Source: an uncultured Acidobacteriaceae bacterium
GTDB taxonomy: Bacteria; Acidobacteriota; Terriglobia; Terriglobales; Acidobacteriaceae
Direction: 5' to 3'
NCBI GenBank assembly: GCA_963790505.1
Contig: CAWBOT010000004.1
Coordinates: 1,132,225 to 1,196,224, forward strand
Length of the DNA stretch: 64,000 bases
Of this stretch, positions 1 through 9,448 are shown piece by piece; the first letter of the stretch is position 1, and each line of letters begins with the position of its first letter. Made by a program: the position numbers and the translations under genes. The notes under the pieces were generated by a model. It did no database searches and was not told where the DNA came from. It saw nothing but the letters and a program-made list of their open reading frames with translations.

Positions 1-1316
1 GCAGTAAGTACGAGTTCATCACCGACACCATCGGCGCGGCGGTAATCGGCCACTGGGTTTCGCCCTATGCGCACAACGTCCCCGATCCCGATGAGTGGGT
101 TAAGGTCGACGGCGCTCAGCTCAAGGAAAAAGATGGCTACCTCAGCCTGCGCCTTGGCGAGCCGATGGAAGAGGTCAACTTCGTCGACCAGGCGCGGCTC
201 GTCGCAATCGATCATCCCGCCAACAGCGAAGTCTTCCCCAACGAGCGCTTCAAGAACGATCCGCCCTTCGCGGAGAAAAAGACCATCTTCACCGAGCAAT
301 CTCATCCCGTCGCCGGCGCGTGGGACAACAACAGCAAAGACGTCACCGGGGTCGTTGCAAAAGTCGATCACGAGTACGTCCGCGACTTCACCAACCTGCC
401 TTACGCAGGCTTCGCCAACACCCACACCCTCACGCTCGACCTCGGCCCCACATCTCCCGATAAGCCTCTGCGCCTGCTCATGCACGGCTTCATCGAATAC
501 TTCAGCGCGACCTCGCTCTACTCCGCCTGGCAGGCGGGACTCGCGCCCATCTCGCCCTACGTCGAAGCGCAGATCGCCGACGGGAGCTGGAAGCGCATCG
601 TCGACGACATGGGTTTTCCCGCCGGCTTGCCGCGCACCATCGTCACTGACCTCACCGGCCGCATGCCGCCTGGCGCGACCCGCATCCGCATCACGACGAA
701 TCTGCAAATCTATTGGGACCAGATTCTCGTCTCGAATGAACCCGACCGCCCCGACCTCGCGCGCGAGACCGAGGTTCCCCTCGCCTCAGCCTCGCTCGGC
801 TTCCGTGGCTACCCGCGCCAGATCGACGGCACAACCCCCGGCGACCTGACCTATCACTACGAAGAGGCTAGCGCGACCGGACCCTTCGTTCGTCAGCGCG
901 GTCCCTACACTCGCTATGGCGACGTCACTTCTTTGCTGAGCGCGATCGACGATCATTTCGTCATATTTGGCAGCGGAGAAGATATCGATGTCGAGTTCGA
1001 CGCCTCGGCGCTCCCCCCGCTGCCCGCCGGCTGGAAGCGCGATTACTTCTTCTACGCCAACGGCTTCGTCAAAGACATGGACTACTACGAAGCCATGCCC
1101 TTCACCGTCGCAGCCATGCCCTTTCACCGAATGAGCGGCTATCCCTACGCCAGCAACGAACATTTCCCCGAGGACGATTCGGCGCTCGACTACCAGCTAT
1201 GGTGGAATGATCGCTTCGAAACCGGCGACACCGCGCAGACATATCGCTTCGACTACCTGCCCCGCAACGCTGCGCCGATTACCCCTTCTTCAACAACACC
1301 ATCTTCTGGTCGCTGA
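1..1316 (+). CDS. conserved hypothetical protein, 5' end outside window
   Basis: Frame 3 is open from nt 3 (SKYEFITDTIGAAV...) and continues into the listed 165..1316 ORF. Codon usage is GC3-rich. I can name no diagnostic motif. Confidence 0.6.
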   Translation, partial: SKYEFITDTIGAAVIGHWVSPYAHNVPDPDEWVKVDGAQLKEKDGYLSLRLGEPMEEVNFVDQARLVAIDHPANSEVFPNERFKNDPPFAEKKTIFTEQSHPVAGAWDNNSKDVTGVVAKVDHEYVRDFTNLPYAGFANTHTLTLDLGPTSPDKPLRLLMHGFIEYFSATSLYSAWQAGLAPISPYVEAQIADGSWKRIVDDMGFPAGLPRTIVTDLTGRMPPGATRIRITTNLQIYWDQILVSNEPDRPDLARETEVPLASASLGFRGYPRQIDGTTPGDLTYHYEEASATGPFVRQRGPYTRYGDVTSLLSAIDDHFVIFGSGEDIDVEFDASALPPLPAGWKRDYFFYANGFVKDMDYYEAMPFTVAAMPFHRMSGYPYASNEHFPEDDSALDYQLWWNDRFETGDTAQTYRFDYLPRNAAPITPSSTTPSSGR

Positions 1317-1341
1317 AAAACCCGCACGTGGTCTTCAGTGA

Positions 1342-2401
1342 TCATGAGGCAACCGCCCGCTCCGAGGTCTCCGGCATCATGCGCGCCCCCGGCGTCCCGC
1401 AGCCGCAGGAGCGGCGCACTACCAGTTCGACGGGGAGAACCACCTTCTGGCCGCCTGACGGCAGAGCGGACCATCCAGCGAGCCTCTCGAAGAGCAGTCC
1501 TGCAGCCACCCGCCCAATCTCGTCCCGTGGCTGGCGCACCACGGTGAGCGTCGGGTTCAGCACCGCAGCCAGCTCAAAATCGTCGAATCCAACGATCGCC
1601 ACGCTCCTCGGAATCGAGACCCCGAGTTCATTTAGCGCCAGCAGCGCAGAACGCATCGTCAGGTTGTTCGTGCAGAAAAATGCAGTCGGCGGATTCGAAC
1701 GATTCATCGCCTCGGCGATCGCCGGAGCGATCGATTCCTGACCGCTGCCAGTCGATATAAGCTTCGGCCTTGAGCCGCGCCGCGCTTAACGCCTCGCGAT
1801 ACCCTTTGTAACGCATCTCCATCGTGTAGAGCGATCGCGACAACCCGATGCACACAATGCGTCGATGACCATGTTCGATCAGGTGTTCGACCGCCAGGGC
1901 TGCTCCGCTCTTGTTTTGCACCAGTACGGAATCGAAGCGCGCCAGCGGCGCTGGCCTGTCCAGGGTCACGATGTGCGCGCCTGCAAATTCCGCCTTTCGC
2001 AGGTACGTCTCCTTCTGCTTTGCCGGGATAATCACCATGCCGTCCACATGCCGCCGCAGCATCTGGCTGGCCTCGTGATATTCGACATCTGGATCTTCCG
2101 CCGAAGTCGTGAGAATCACCGAGTACTCATGCTCCTTTGCGACCACGGCGATGGCATGCGCACAATACGCAAAGAATGGATCGTAGAGGTACGGAACGAT
2201 CACCCCGATTGTCTTAGTCTTGAGTCCGCGCAGCGCGCGCGCCACTTCATTGGGCTGGTAGTTGAGCTGCTTAATTGCGCGATGGATACGCTTCGCAGTC
2301 TCTTCCGAAACCGTCACCGTGCCGCTCAACAGCCTCGACACCGTCATCGTCCCTACGCCTGCGCGCTTGGCGACATCGGCCATTGTCGGGTTGCGCGTCA
2401 T
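1342..2401 (-). pseudogene. LacI/GalR-family transcriptional regulator, split by a frameshift near 1700-1745
   Basis: ORF 1628..2401 gives the HTH N-terminus (MADVAKRAGVGTMTVSRLLSG...YQPNEVARALR) and the first half of the sugar-binding domain. ORF 1342..1707 in another frame gives the rest (PTAFFCTNNLTMRSALLALNELGVSIPRSVAIVGFDD). The two halves overlap around ...YIDWQR / GQESIAPAIAEAMNRS. Confidence 0.8.
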
Positions 2402-2436
2402 CTCTTACCTCATCGCTTTTGTTGCTCGGCAGTAAA

Positions 2437-2465
2437 TTGACATGGGAAATTTTGTCCCATATAAA
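2437..2465 (+). promoter_or_regulatory. sigma70-like promoter facing the GH5 gene
   Basis: TTGACA (2437-2442), a 17-nt spacer, then TATAAA (2460-2465). The spacer contains the palindrome ATGGGA-N7-TCCCAT. Confidence 0.5.
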
Positions 2466-2470
2466 ACGAA

Positions 2471-2484
2471 TGATATCGCTATCA
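2471..2484. promoter_or_regulatory. candidate LacI-family operator
   Basis: TGATATCGCTATCA fits the general LacI/GalR operator pattern TGnnAnCGnTnnCA. It sits just downstream of the -10 box, between the divergent LacI-family and GH5 genes. Confidence 0.45.
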
Positions 2485-2616
2485 TAGGCAGCATTCAGCG
2501 CGCGAGGCAAGACGAAATAGAGCCGCCTCGGATTGCCGTCCGTCGCGTCTGTCGCGTCTTTTGATGCGCCGTCGTCGTAACAGGAATGAAAGTAAATCTC
2601 GACTGCCGGAATAATT

Positions 2617-3792
2617 ATGCCTATCTTTAAGGGAACTTCCCTCGTCAGGCTGCTATCTACCTCCGCGGTGTTTTCATTCTTGGCCATCTCCTGCCGGGCA
2701 GCCCCGCTCTTCGCCCAGCCCGCCCAACCCGACCCTGCCTTCGCCCGCGCCCAGCATCTCCGCCACGGCATCAACGCCAGCATATGGTTCGCCCAGCACT
2801 CCGGCGGATACACCGTCGACTATCTCCGGACCTTCACCACTGCCGACGACATCGCGCTCATGGCAAAGCTCGGCTTTGACCACGTCCGCCTCAGCATCGA
2901 CGCCGACCCGGTCACCGAATGGCAACGCGGCCGCCCCGGCGGCGCGGCCTTCATGGCCGAACTCGACCGCGTCGTGAAGACCATCGTCGACGATCACATG
3001 ACCGTCATCGTCGACATCCATCCCGAGAGCAAATACAAGGCCCCGCTGAAACAGGGCACCCAGCCCGTGCAGCAGTTCACTTCGCTGTGGCGCGCTCTCG
3101 CCGCCCATTACGCCTCAACTGACCCCGAGCACGTCTACTTCGAGATCATGAACGAGCCCGAGCAGGACGATCCCTATCGTTGGCAAGGTATTGAGAGCGT
3201 CGTAGCAGCCGCGATCCGCGAGGCTGCGCCCCATCACACCATCATCGTCGCCGGCGCGCACTGGTCGGGCATCGAAGATCTGCTCGCCCTTGAGCCGATC
3301 GCCCTCGACAACATCATCTACACCTTCCACGACTACGAGCCCTTCCCCTTCACTCACCAGGGTGCGACCTGGACCACCCCCGACGTCCAGCCGCTCCGCG
3401 CCATCCCCTACCCCTCCAGCCCCGAGGCAGTTGCGCCCAGGCTCGACGAAGAATCCTCGCTCAGCAGCCAGTTCTTCCTCAACCAATACGGCCTCGCCCG
3501 CTGGGACGCCTTCCGCGTCGAGAACACTATCGAGTTCGCCGCCAAATGGGGCAAGCTCCACAACGTCCCCGTCTACTGCGGCGAGTTCGGCGTCCTTCGC
3601 TACTACGCCCCACCCGGGATGCGCGCACAGTGGCTCCACGACATGCGCGTCGCCCTCGAAAAGAACAACATCGGATGGGCCATGTGGGACTACCAGACCA
3701 ACTTCGGCGTCGTCACCAAGAAAGACGGAGGCCCCGCCATCCCGGACATGGACGTAGTAAAAGCCCTCGGCCTCGCCACCGCAACCAGATGA
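2617..3792 (+). CDS. secreted glycoside hydrolase family 5 (cellulase-like)
   Basis: N-terminal signal-like segment. Contains the YFEIMNEPE acid/base motif and the CGEFGV nucleophile motif typical of GH5. Confidence 0.8.
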   Translation: MPIFKGTSLVRLLSTSAVFSFLAISCRAAPLFAQPAQPDPAFARAQHLRHGINASIWFAQHSGGYTVDYLRTFTTADDIALMAKLGFDHVRLSIDADPVTEWQRGRPGGAAFMAELDRVVKTIVDDHMTVIVDIHPESKYKAPLKQGTQPVQQFTSLWRALAAHYASTDPEHVYFEIMNEPEQDDPYRWQGIESVVAAAIREAAPHHTIIVAGAHWSGIEDLLALEPIALDNIIYTFHDYEPFPFTHQGATWTTPDVQPLRAIPYPSSPEAVAPRLDEESSLSSQFFLNQYGLARWDAFRVENTIEFAAKWGKLHNVPVYCGEFGVLRYYAPPGMRAQWLHDMRVALEKNNIGWAMWDYQTNFGVVTKKDGGPAIPDMDVVKALGLATATR

Positions 3793-4056
3793 GCGGCCAC
3801 AACAGACAGCACAAGACGATTCAAGGAGTCCGATTCAAACCAGCGGGAGCTGAGTCTGCATCATCCGTATCTCACGCGGCATTGTGGACCCGACTTACGA
3901 CCCGCGCAAGCCGTTGAAAACGAGGTAGGGAAGCAGCGGGTCAAAACTCACCCTTTGTGGGACTCTTGCCCCGTAGAGAGGTGCATGGGAGAGGAGAGCC
4001 GCGAGATATTCCGAGGACTAGTATTGGTCGACTTCCGAAAACGTCACCTTTTCAGG

Positions 4057-7000
4057 TTATTGAACCACGAGTGTTAGAGGCTGTTTCACGGTGATTGTGT
4101 TATCGGACGCCACAATTTGAACCGTATACGTCCCTGCGGCGACGTTCTGAGATTGGGGTGGGGGAGGTGTGCTAGATCCTGAACCACAACCGGAGATTCC
4201 GGCTGCAGCACCAAGTAGAAGCAGGGGTACGGCTGCTAACAAGAGGAAGCGATTGCGCTTCCTACGCCAGGGCAACAGAATCAGGAAGCCCGCAAGGAGT
4301 GAACCCACGCTGACCTTGCCGAGCACGGCGGCAGCAGTTTGGGTGGCTTGCGTTGCGATGGTAACAGCGAAGGTCGCTGATTTGCCGCCGCTCAGGGGCA
4401 GGCTCGATGGAGTGAAACTGCACGAGGCGTTGGTGGGCAAACTGCTGCAGGTTAAAGACACCGTACCGGAATAACCGTCTGCAGGCGTCATTGAAAGAGC
4501 ATAAGAAGCCGGCTGCCCGGCTGTGACCGTGCTACTCGTGCTTCCTCCCGTCTGCGGAGCAATCGCAAACGGAGCATCAGGGGCGGTTCCGGAGAGAGTG
4601 ACCGTCTGTGGCGAAGTGCCGCCGTTATCTGTGACCGTCAAGGTGGCTGAGGCACTCCCTGCGGCGCCTGGAGTGAAGACGATGCTGATGACGCAGGATT
4701 GGCTCGCGCTCAGTGTTGCGCTGCAAGTACTGGTCTGTGCAAAGTCTCCGGCGTTCGCCCCGGCGATCGCGACAGCAATACCGGTCAGCGTGGCGTTGCC
4801 GGAGTTGGCCAGAGTCACCGTCTGCGCAGTCGACGAAGTGCCAACCGCCTGCGAGGCGTAAGTGAGCGACGTCGGCGACAGGGTGGCGATGGGTGCCGGG
4901 GCTGGGGTCCCGGTTCCGGAGAGAGTGACGTTTTGCGGCGAAGTGCTCGCGTTGTCGGCGATGATAATTTCGCCCGTCAGGCTCCCTGACATAGTGGGCG
5001 TGAACGTTACCGAGATTGTGCAATTCGCGCCGGCCGCGAGACTGGACCCGCAAGTGTTCGTTTCCGCGAAGTCGCCAGATGCGGCGATCGATGTGATCGT
5101 GAGTGCCCCTGTGCCCGAGTTGGTCAAGGTCAGCACTTGTGGCGCTCCGCTCGTGCCGACTATCGTCGAAGCGAATTCAAGGCTTGTCGCAGAGAGCGTC
5201 ACGGCTGGAGCTGCAGGCGTTACCACCATAGTGACAGGGGCTGATGTTACACCCGCATAATTTGCGTCCGGACTCAGCTGCGCCGTGATGCTTGCGTTCC
5301 CCACCGCGAGCTCGCTTGTGGTCAGGGTTGCGACAAACTCCCCGGATGTAACTTGTGATGGGCTCAGGGTTCCGGTGCCGAGGGCTGAGGTTCCGTTATA
5401 AAACGTCACAACGCCGGTGGGAGGGATTCCAAAGGAGGTTCCCCCGTAGGTCGCTGTCAAATCTACATTTTCACCGGTTACAACGCTGGTCGATGGAGTT
5501 GAGAGCACAGCGGTGAGCGCGACTGGGTTCACAACCACGCGTCTTATGCGACTATCTGCTCCGATATATAAATTCCCAAGTGCATCCGCGGAGGCTGAGT
5601 ACGGCAAGTTCAACATCGCTGCAGTCGCACTCGCGCCATCTCCGCTGTAACCTGCCGAACCATCACCGGCAACTGTATTGATGATTTTGCTGCTCAGGTT
5701 GATTTCACGAATCGCGTTGTTGCCGATGTCCGCCAGCAATAGATTGCCCATGCCGTCGGTGTGAAGCCCAGCAATAGTCTGAAAAGTGGCAGCGCTCGCT
5801 GGCCCTCCGTCACCCGTGTATCCATAGTTCATTCCTGTAAATATTCCGTCTGGGTATCCGCCCGCATAAACATTGATGACACCGGTCGACAGATTCACAA
5901 TGCGAATGCCGTTCTCCAGAGCATCGGCGATATACAGATTCCCCGCATTGTCGAGCGCAAGACCATTGGGGAAGATATAGGCATCGATGGCGGGTCCTCC
6001 ATCGCCGAAACTATCGCCAGGATAGGTGAAGCTGTTGGATCCATTGCCGGCAACCACTGTACTTGTACCGCTCTTCGTGTCAACTGCATCAACATAGACG
6101 CCATTTGTTGCATAGAGGGTGTGTTGGCCGTCAAAAGCCATCGTCCCGGCAACGTTTAGCTGGCTGTTGAGTGTTGTAATTGTGCCGGTACTTATATCTA
6201 CAACGCGAATACCCTGGTAATAGTCTCCAATGTAGAGATTACTGCCAGCTCCGAAGGCGAGGGTATTCGGTGTACCAAGCGGCGTCTGCGTTGCCGGACC
6301 TCCATCCCCCGGCAGGCTATTTGGTGTGCTTTCCTGTCCATATGAGGCGAAGCCGCCGTTCCCGGCGATCGTCGTAATAATTCCCGTCAAACCGTCGATA
6401 CGGCGTATCACTCCATTTCCAGAGTCGGCGATATACAAGTTACCCTTCGCATCTGCAACGGTATCCGGCGAGGTGCTGATTCCGGCCATTTGAGCTGGGC
6501 CGCCGTCGCCAGAGTAGTTGTACGCGCCAGTGCCTGCAAAGGTGGCGATCATGCCCGCAGTGTCGATGGAGCGGATGCGGGCTGGCTCCGTGAAAAGGAC
6601 ATCTCCCGAAGACGCCACGGTGATCGAGAGCGCCGATAAAATCTCGGCCGCAGTAGCCGGGCCGCCATCTCCAGTTGACCCGATTTGGCCGGTACCGGAG
6701 ATCGTCGTCAGGCTTGTGCCGTTCACCGGAAGTTGCATGATCGAACTTGCGCCGTAGACTTGTGGGCCGGAGCCTTCTGTGAAGTCGACATTTCCGGCCG
6801 AGTCCACCGCGAGGCCCAGCGGATCAAGGTTGGCGCCAATCGCCGTGTTTCCGGGTACGGACGGTGCTGCCTCACCACCGCCTGCGAGTAGCCGGGTAGT
6901 ACCGGTATTCAGTTCAATTGAGAGGATCGAGCTGGTGTAAAGGCCAGCACCTGTATAGACATAAATGGCAGAAACATAAAGAGTGCCATTGCTGATGACA

Positions 7001-7851
7001 ATACTGCTCGGCCAAAAGTTAGCCTCTAACCCCACTGAATCGATCGGGCAAGTCTGAGTATTCGAGAGCACCTGACAAGAACCACTTGTCCCACCGTATT
7101 GCGAGATCACTCCTGTCGTGTGGTCGACACGCTTAAGTGAGCCGCCATCGACCAAAAACATATTCCCGACGGCATCGACCGCTACGGACGAAGGGTCCGC
7201 GAGGAGGGCATCCACTGCCAACGTTCCATCGGGACTGGAGCCAGACTTGTTGAGGGTACCCGCAACCGTGGTGATAATGCCTGTCGATGCGGCCACCATG
7301 CGCACCGTGAAGCTGCCTTCGTCTGCGATGTAGAGATTACCGGTTGAATCGACGGCGAGCCCGGTTGGAGAAACCAGCGTCGCCGCTGTGGCTGAGCCAC
7401 CATCTCCGGTCGCCTGGAGCGGTCCGCTTGCTAAAGGCTGGCCTGCGTACACCGTTACATTGCCGGCACTGTCGATCTTGAGAACACTTCGAAAATTTCC
7501 AGCCACGACGAAAGTGTTTCCCTTAGTGTCCGTGGCAATTCCGGTGACGCTTCCAAAGTTCGCGGTCAATGCTGTTTGCGGCTTTTGAAACGGCGCCACT
7601 CCCGCAAGCGTCTCGATCACGCCCGAATCGCCGGAAGGCGTACTTGATGCAGCTGTCGTGTGGGAGAGCTGCAGATGCGAGACTGTGCTCCGGCGTTTGC
7701 TTTGGTGTCGGTGGTCGATAAAAGCGGTATTTCCGCGTGGTCCAACGACGGTGGAAACTGTTATTGGTGGAGGGGTTATCTCGGCATTCAAAGGCAAGAA
7801 AAATACAAACAGAGCAGCCAACGCTGCATATCTAAATTGGTGGAACGTCAC
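4057..7851 (-). CDS. giant NHL-repeat surface protein with Ig-like / choice-of-anchor-D-like domains and a C-terminal membrane anchor
   Basis: 1264-aa ORF with a signal peptide and many GDGGPA...GNLYIAD...IR repeats (NHL-type propeller blades). Three LTLTNSG...C..SV.FTP modules follow, then hydrophobic C-terminal segments. Confidence 0.75.
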   Translation of the reverse strand: MTFHQFRYAALAALFVFFLPLNAEITPPPITVSTVVGPRGNTAFIDHRHQSKRRSTVSHLQLSHTTAASSTPSGDSGVIETLAGVAPFQKPQTALTANFGSVTGIATDTKGNTFVVAGNFRSVLKIDSAGNVTVYAGQPLASGPLQATGDGGSATAATLVSPTGLAVDSTGNLYIADEGSFTVRMVAASTGIITTVAGTLNKSGSSPDGTLAVDALLADPSSVAVDAVGNMFLVDGGSLKRVDHTTGVISQYGGTSGSCQVLSNTQTCPIDSVGLEANFWPSSIVISNGTLYVSAIYVYTGAGLYTSSILSIELNTGTTRLLAGGGEAAPSVPGNTAIGANLDPLGLAVDSAGNVDFTEGSGPQVYGASSIMQLPVNGTSLTTISGTGQIGSTGDGGPATAAEILSALSITVASSGDVLFTEPARIRSIDTAGMIATFAGTGAYNYSGDGGPAQMAGISTSPDTVADAKGNLYIADSGNGVIRRIDGLTGIITTIAGNGGFASYGQESTPNSLPGDGGPATQTPLGTPNTLAFGAGSNLYIGDYYQGIRVVDISTGTITTLNSQLNVAGTMAFDGQHTLYATNGVYVDAVDTKSGTSTVVAGNGSNSFTYPGDSFGDGGPAIDAYIFPNGLALDNAGNLYIADALENGIRIVNLSTGVINVYAGGYPDGIFTGMNYGYTGDGGPASAATFQTIAGLHTDGMGNLLLADIGNNAIREINLSSKIINTVAGDGSAGYSGDGASATAAMLNLPYSASADALGNLYIGADSRIRRVVVNPVALTAVLSTPSTSVVTGENVDLTATYGGTSFGIPPTGVVTFYNGTSALGTGTLSPSQVTSGEFVATLTTSELAVGNASITAQLSPDANYAGVTSAPVTMVVTPAAPAVTLSATSLEFASTIVGTSGAPQVLTLTNSGTGALTITSIAASGDFAETNTCGSSLAAGANCTISVTFTPTMSGSLTGEIIIADNASTSPQNVTLSGTGTPAPAPIATLSPTSLTYASQAVGTSSTAQTVTLANSGNATLTGIAVAIAGANAGDFAQTSTCSATLSASQSCVISIVFTPGAAGSASATLTVTDNGGTSPQTVTLSGTAPDAPFAIAPQTGGSTSSTVTAGQPASYALSMTPADGYSGTVSLTCSSLPTNASCSFTPSSLPLSGGKSATFAVTIATQATQTAAAVLGKVSVGSLLAGFLILLPWRRKRNRFLLLAAVPLLLLGAAAGISGCGSGSSTPPPPQSQNVAAGTYTVQIVASDNTITVKQPLTLVVQ

Positions 7852-8096
7852 TAAGGCCTCGTACCGACCATTTCATCTGAAGGCAAATGATCGCTCCCCG
7901 AAATTAACACACGACTACTCGCCTTTGAAAGATGCAATCTAAGGACAATGAAATCGGGTTCTCGGACGTTTACCCACGACAACACCGGTTGGCGTGAGTA
8001 ACCAGCAGCGGGTGGGAAGATGCGGTGTTCCAGGTCCCGATTTAAGCGATGGCTTCCGCGGTACCCGCAAAGTCCGTCGGCAGTAAAATAAAAGTC

Positions 8097-9344
8097 ATGC
8101 ACCGCGTATACATGGACGCCAACGCCACCACACCCCTATCTCCAGAGGTCTTTGAGGCCATGCGCCCGTGGATGCTTGAGAGCTACGGGAATGCCTCCTC
8201 GGTCCACTACTACGGCCAGCAGGCCCGCGGAGCCGTCGAGATGGCGCGCATGTCCGTTGCCAGGCTGCTCAACTGCCGCGCCGCCGAAATCGTCTTCACC
8301 AGCGGAGGCACCGAAGGCGATAACCTCGCCCTCTTCGGGCTTATCCAGCCCGGTGACCATCTCATCACTTCTCAGATCGAGCACCACGCCGTGCTTCACG
8401 CCGCCGAGTGTCTCGCGAAGCGCGGCATCGACGTGACTTTTCTACCCGTGGACAGCAATTGCCTCGTCGACCCCGCCGAAGTACGCCGCGCCCTGCGCCC
8501 CAATACCAAGCTCATCAGCATCATGATGGCCAACAATGAGACCGGCGCGATCCAGCCCGCCGAGGAAATCGGCAAGATCGCTGAAGAGGCCGACGTCTAC
8601 TTCCACACCGACGCTGTCCAGGCCGCCGGCAAGCTCGCTATCGATGTCGCGAAAATCGGCTGCGACCTGCTCACCATCGCCGGCCACAAGATGTACGCGC
8701 CTCAGGGAGTCGGCGCCCTCTACGTCCACCGCGGCACCCAGCTCGAGCCGCTCTTCTTCGGAGGCACCCACGAACGCCAGCGTCGCGCTGGCACCGAAAA
8801 CGTCGCCGGAATCGTCGGCCTCGGCAAAGCCGCCGAACTCGCAGCGGCCGGCCTGAGTGGAACGGAACAAATGGGGGTGCCCCATCCTTCCGCGCCTTTT
8901 GCGGAAGGGTGGGATGCGCAAACGCCGGGTGCCCCATTCAAGCCCTCTGTTGGCTTGAGTGGGATAGAACAACTCCGCGACCGCCTCGAATCCGGTCTCC
9001 TCGACCGCCTCGAAAACATCGGCGTCAACGCCGGCAACGCTCCCCGCGTCCCCAACACCACCAACCTATGGTTCGACCACCTCGAAGGTGAAGCTCTCGT
9101 GATCGCCCTCGACCTCAAGGGGCTCTCCGTCTCAGGAGGTTCGGCCTGCGCCTCGGGTGCAACTGAACCCTCCCACGTCCTCACCGCCATGGGGCTCTCC
9201 CCCGAACGCGGTCGCGCCAGCCTTCGCTTCAGCCTCACCAGGAACTCCACCCTGGAAGACATAGACTTCGCCCTTGAAGCCGTGCCGCAGGCCGTGGGCC
9301 GCCTGCGCGAGATCTCTCCCGCCTTCGCCGGCACGCTCGGCTAA
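8097..9344 (+). CDS. class V cysteine desulfurase (IscS/NifS family) carrying a 34-aa in-frame insertion
   Basis: MDANATTPL start region, PLP lysine context TIAGHKMYAPQGVGALY, and active-site SGGSACASG. The start is placed at the ATG at 8097, though the ORF is open from 8049. Confidence 0.85.
   Translation: MHRVYMDANATTPLSPEVFEAMRPWMLESYGNASSVHYYGQQARGAVEMARMSVARLLNCRAAEIVFTSGGTEGDNLALFGLIQPGDHLITSQIEHHAVLHAAECLAKRGIDVTFLPVDSNCLVDPAEVRRALRPNTKLISIMMANNETGAIQPAEEIGKIAEEADVYFHTDAVQAAGKLAIDVAKIGCDLLTIAGHKMYAPQGVGALYVHRGTQLEPLFFGGTHERQRRAGTENVAGIVGLGKAAELAAAGLSGTEQMGVPHPSAPFAEGWDAQTPGAPFKPSVGLSGIEQLRDRLESGLLDRLENIGVNAGNAPRVPNTTNLWFDHLEGEALVIALDLKGLSVSGGSACASGATEPSHVLTAMGLSPERGRASLRFSLTRNSTLEDIDFALEAVPQAVGRLREISPAFAGTLG
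8871..8972 (+). repeat. two tandem GGTGCCCCAT-headed hairpin repeat units inserted in frame in the desulfurase CDS
   Basis: Hairpin 1 pairs 8881-8893 with 8901-8913 (13 bp, one G.U). Hairpin 2 pairs 8933-8944 with 8952-8963 (12 bp, one G.U). Both have 7-nt loops. The insert is flanked by the imperfect direct repeat ggcctgagtggaacggaacaa / ggcttgagtgggatagaacaa. Confidence 0.8.
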
Positions 9345-9383
9345 CTCGGCAGTAGCTTAAATCGATCGTCAATCTTTGGATCT

Positions 9384-9424
9384 GTCATCTCGACCGAAGC
9401 CTGCTGAGTGGAGAGATCTGCGGT
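9384..9424 (+). repeat. short intergenic repeat, TGTCAT...ATCTGC family
   Basis: tgtcatctcgaccgaag...gtggagagatctgcgg shares its termini with the copies at 11293, 40209 and 52341. Confidence 0.6.
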
Positions 9425-9448
9425 TTCCTCTTCTCGGCGTGGCCCGGT

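Noticed and set aside
67-849. 260-aa ORF rich in Ser/Pro/Arg/Thr overlapping the first gene in another frame
   Set aside because: Its composition is typical of an off-frame reading of GC-rich coding DNA. The frame-3 reading has normal protein-like composition and extends to the window edge.
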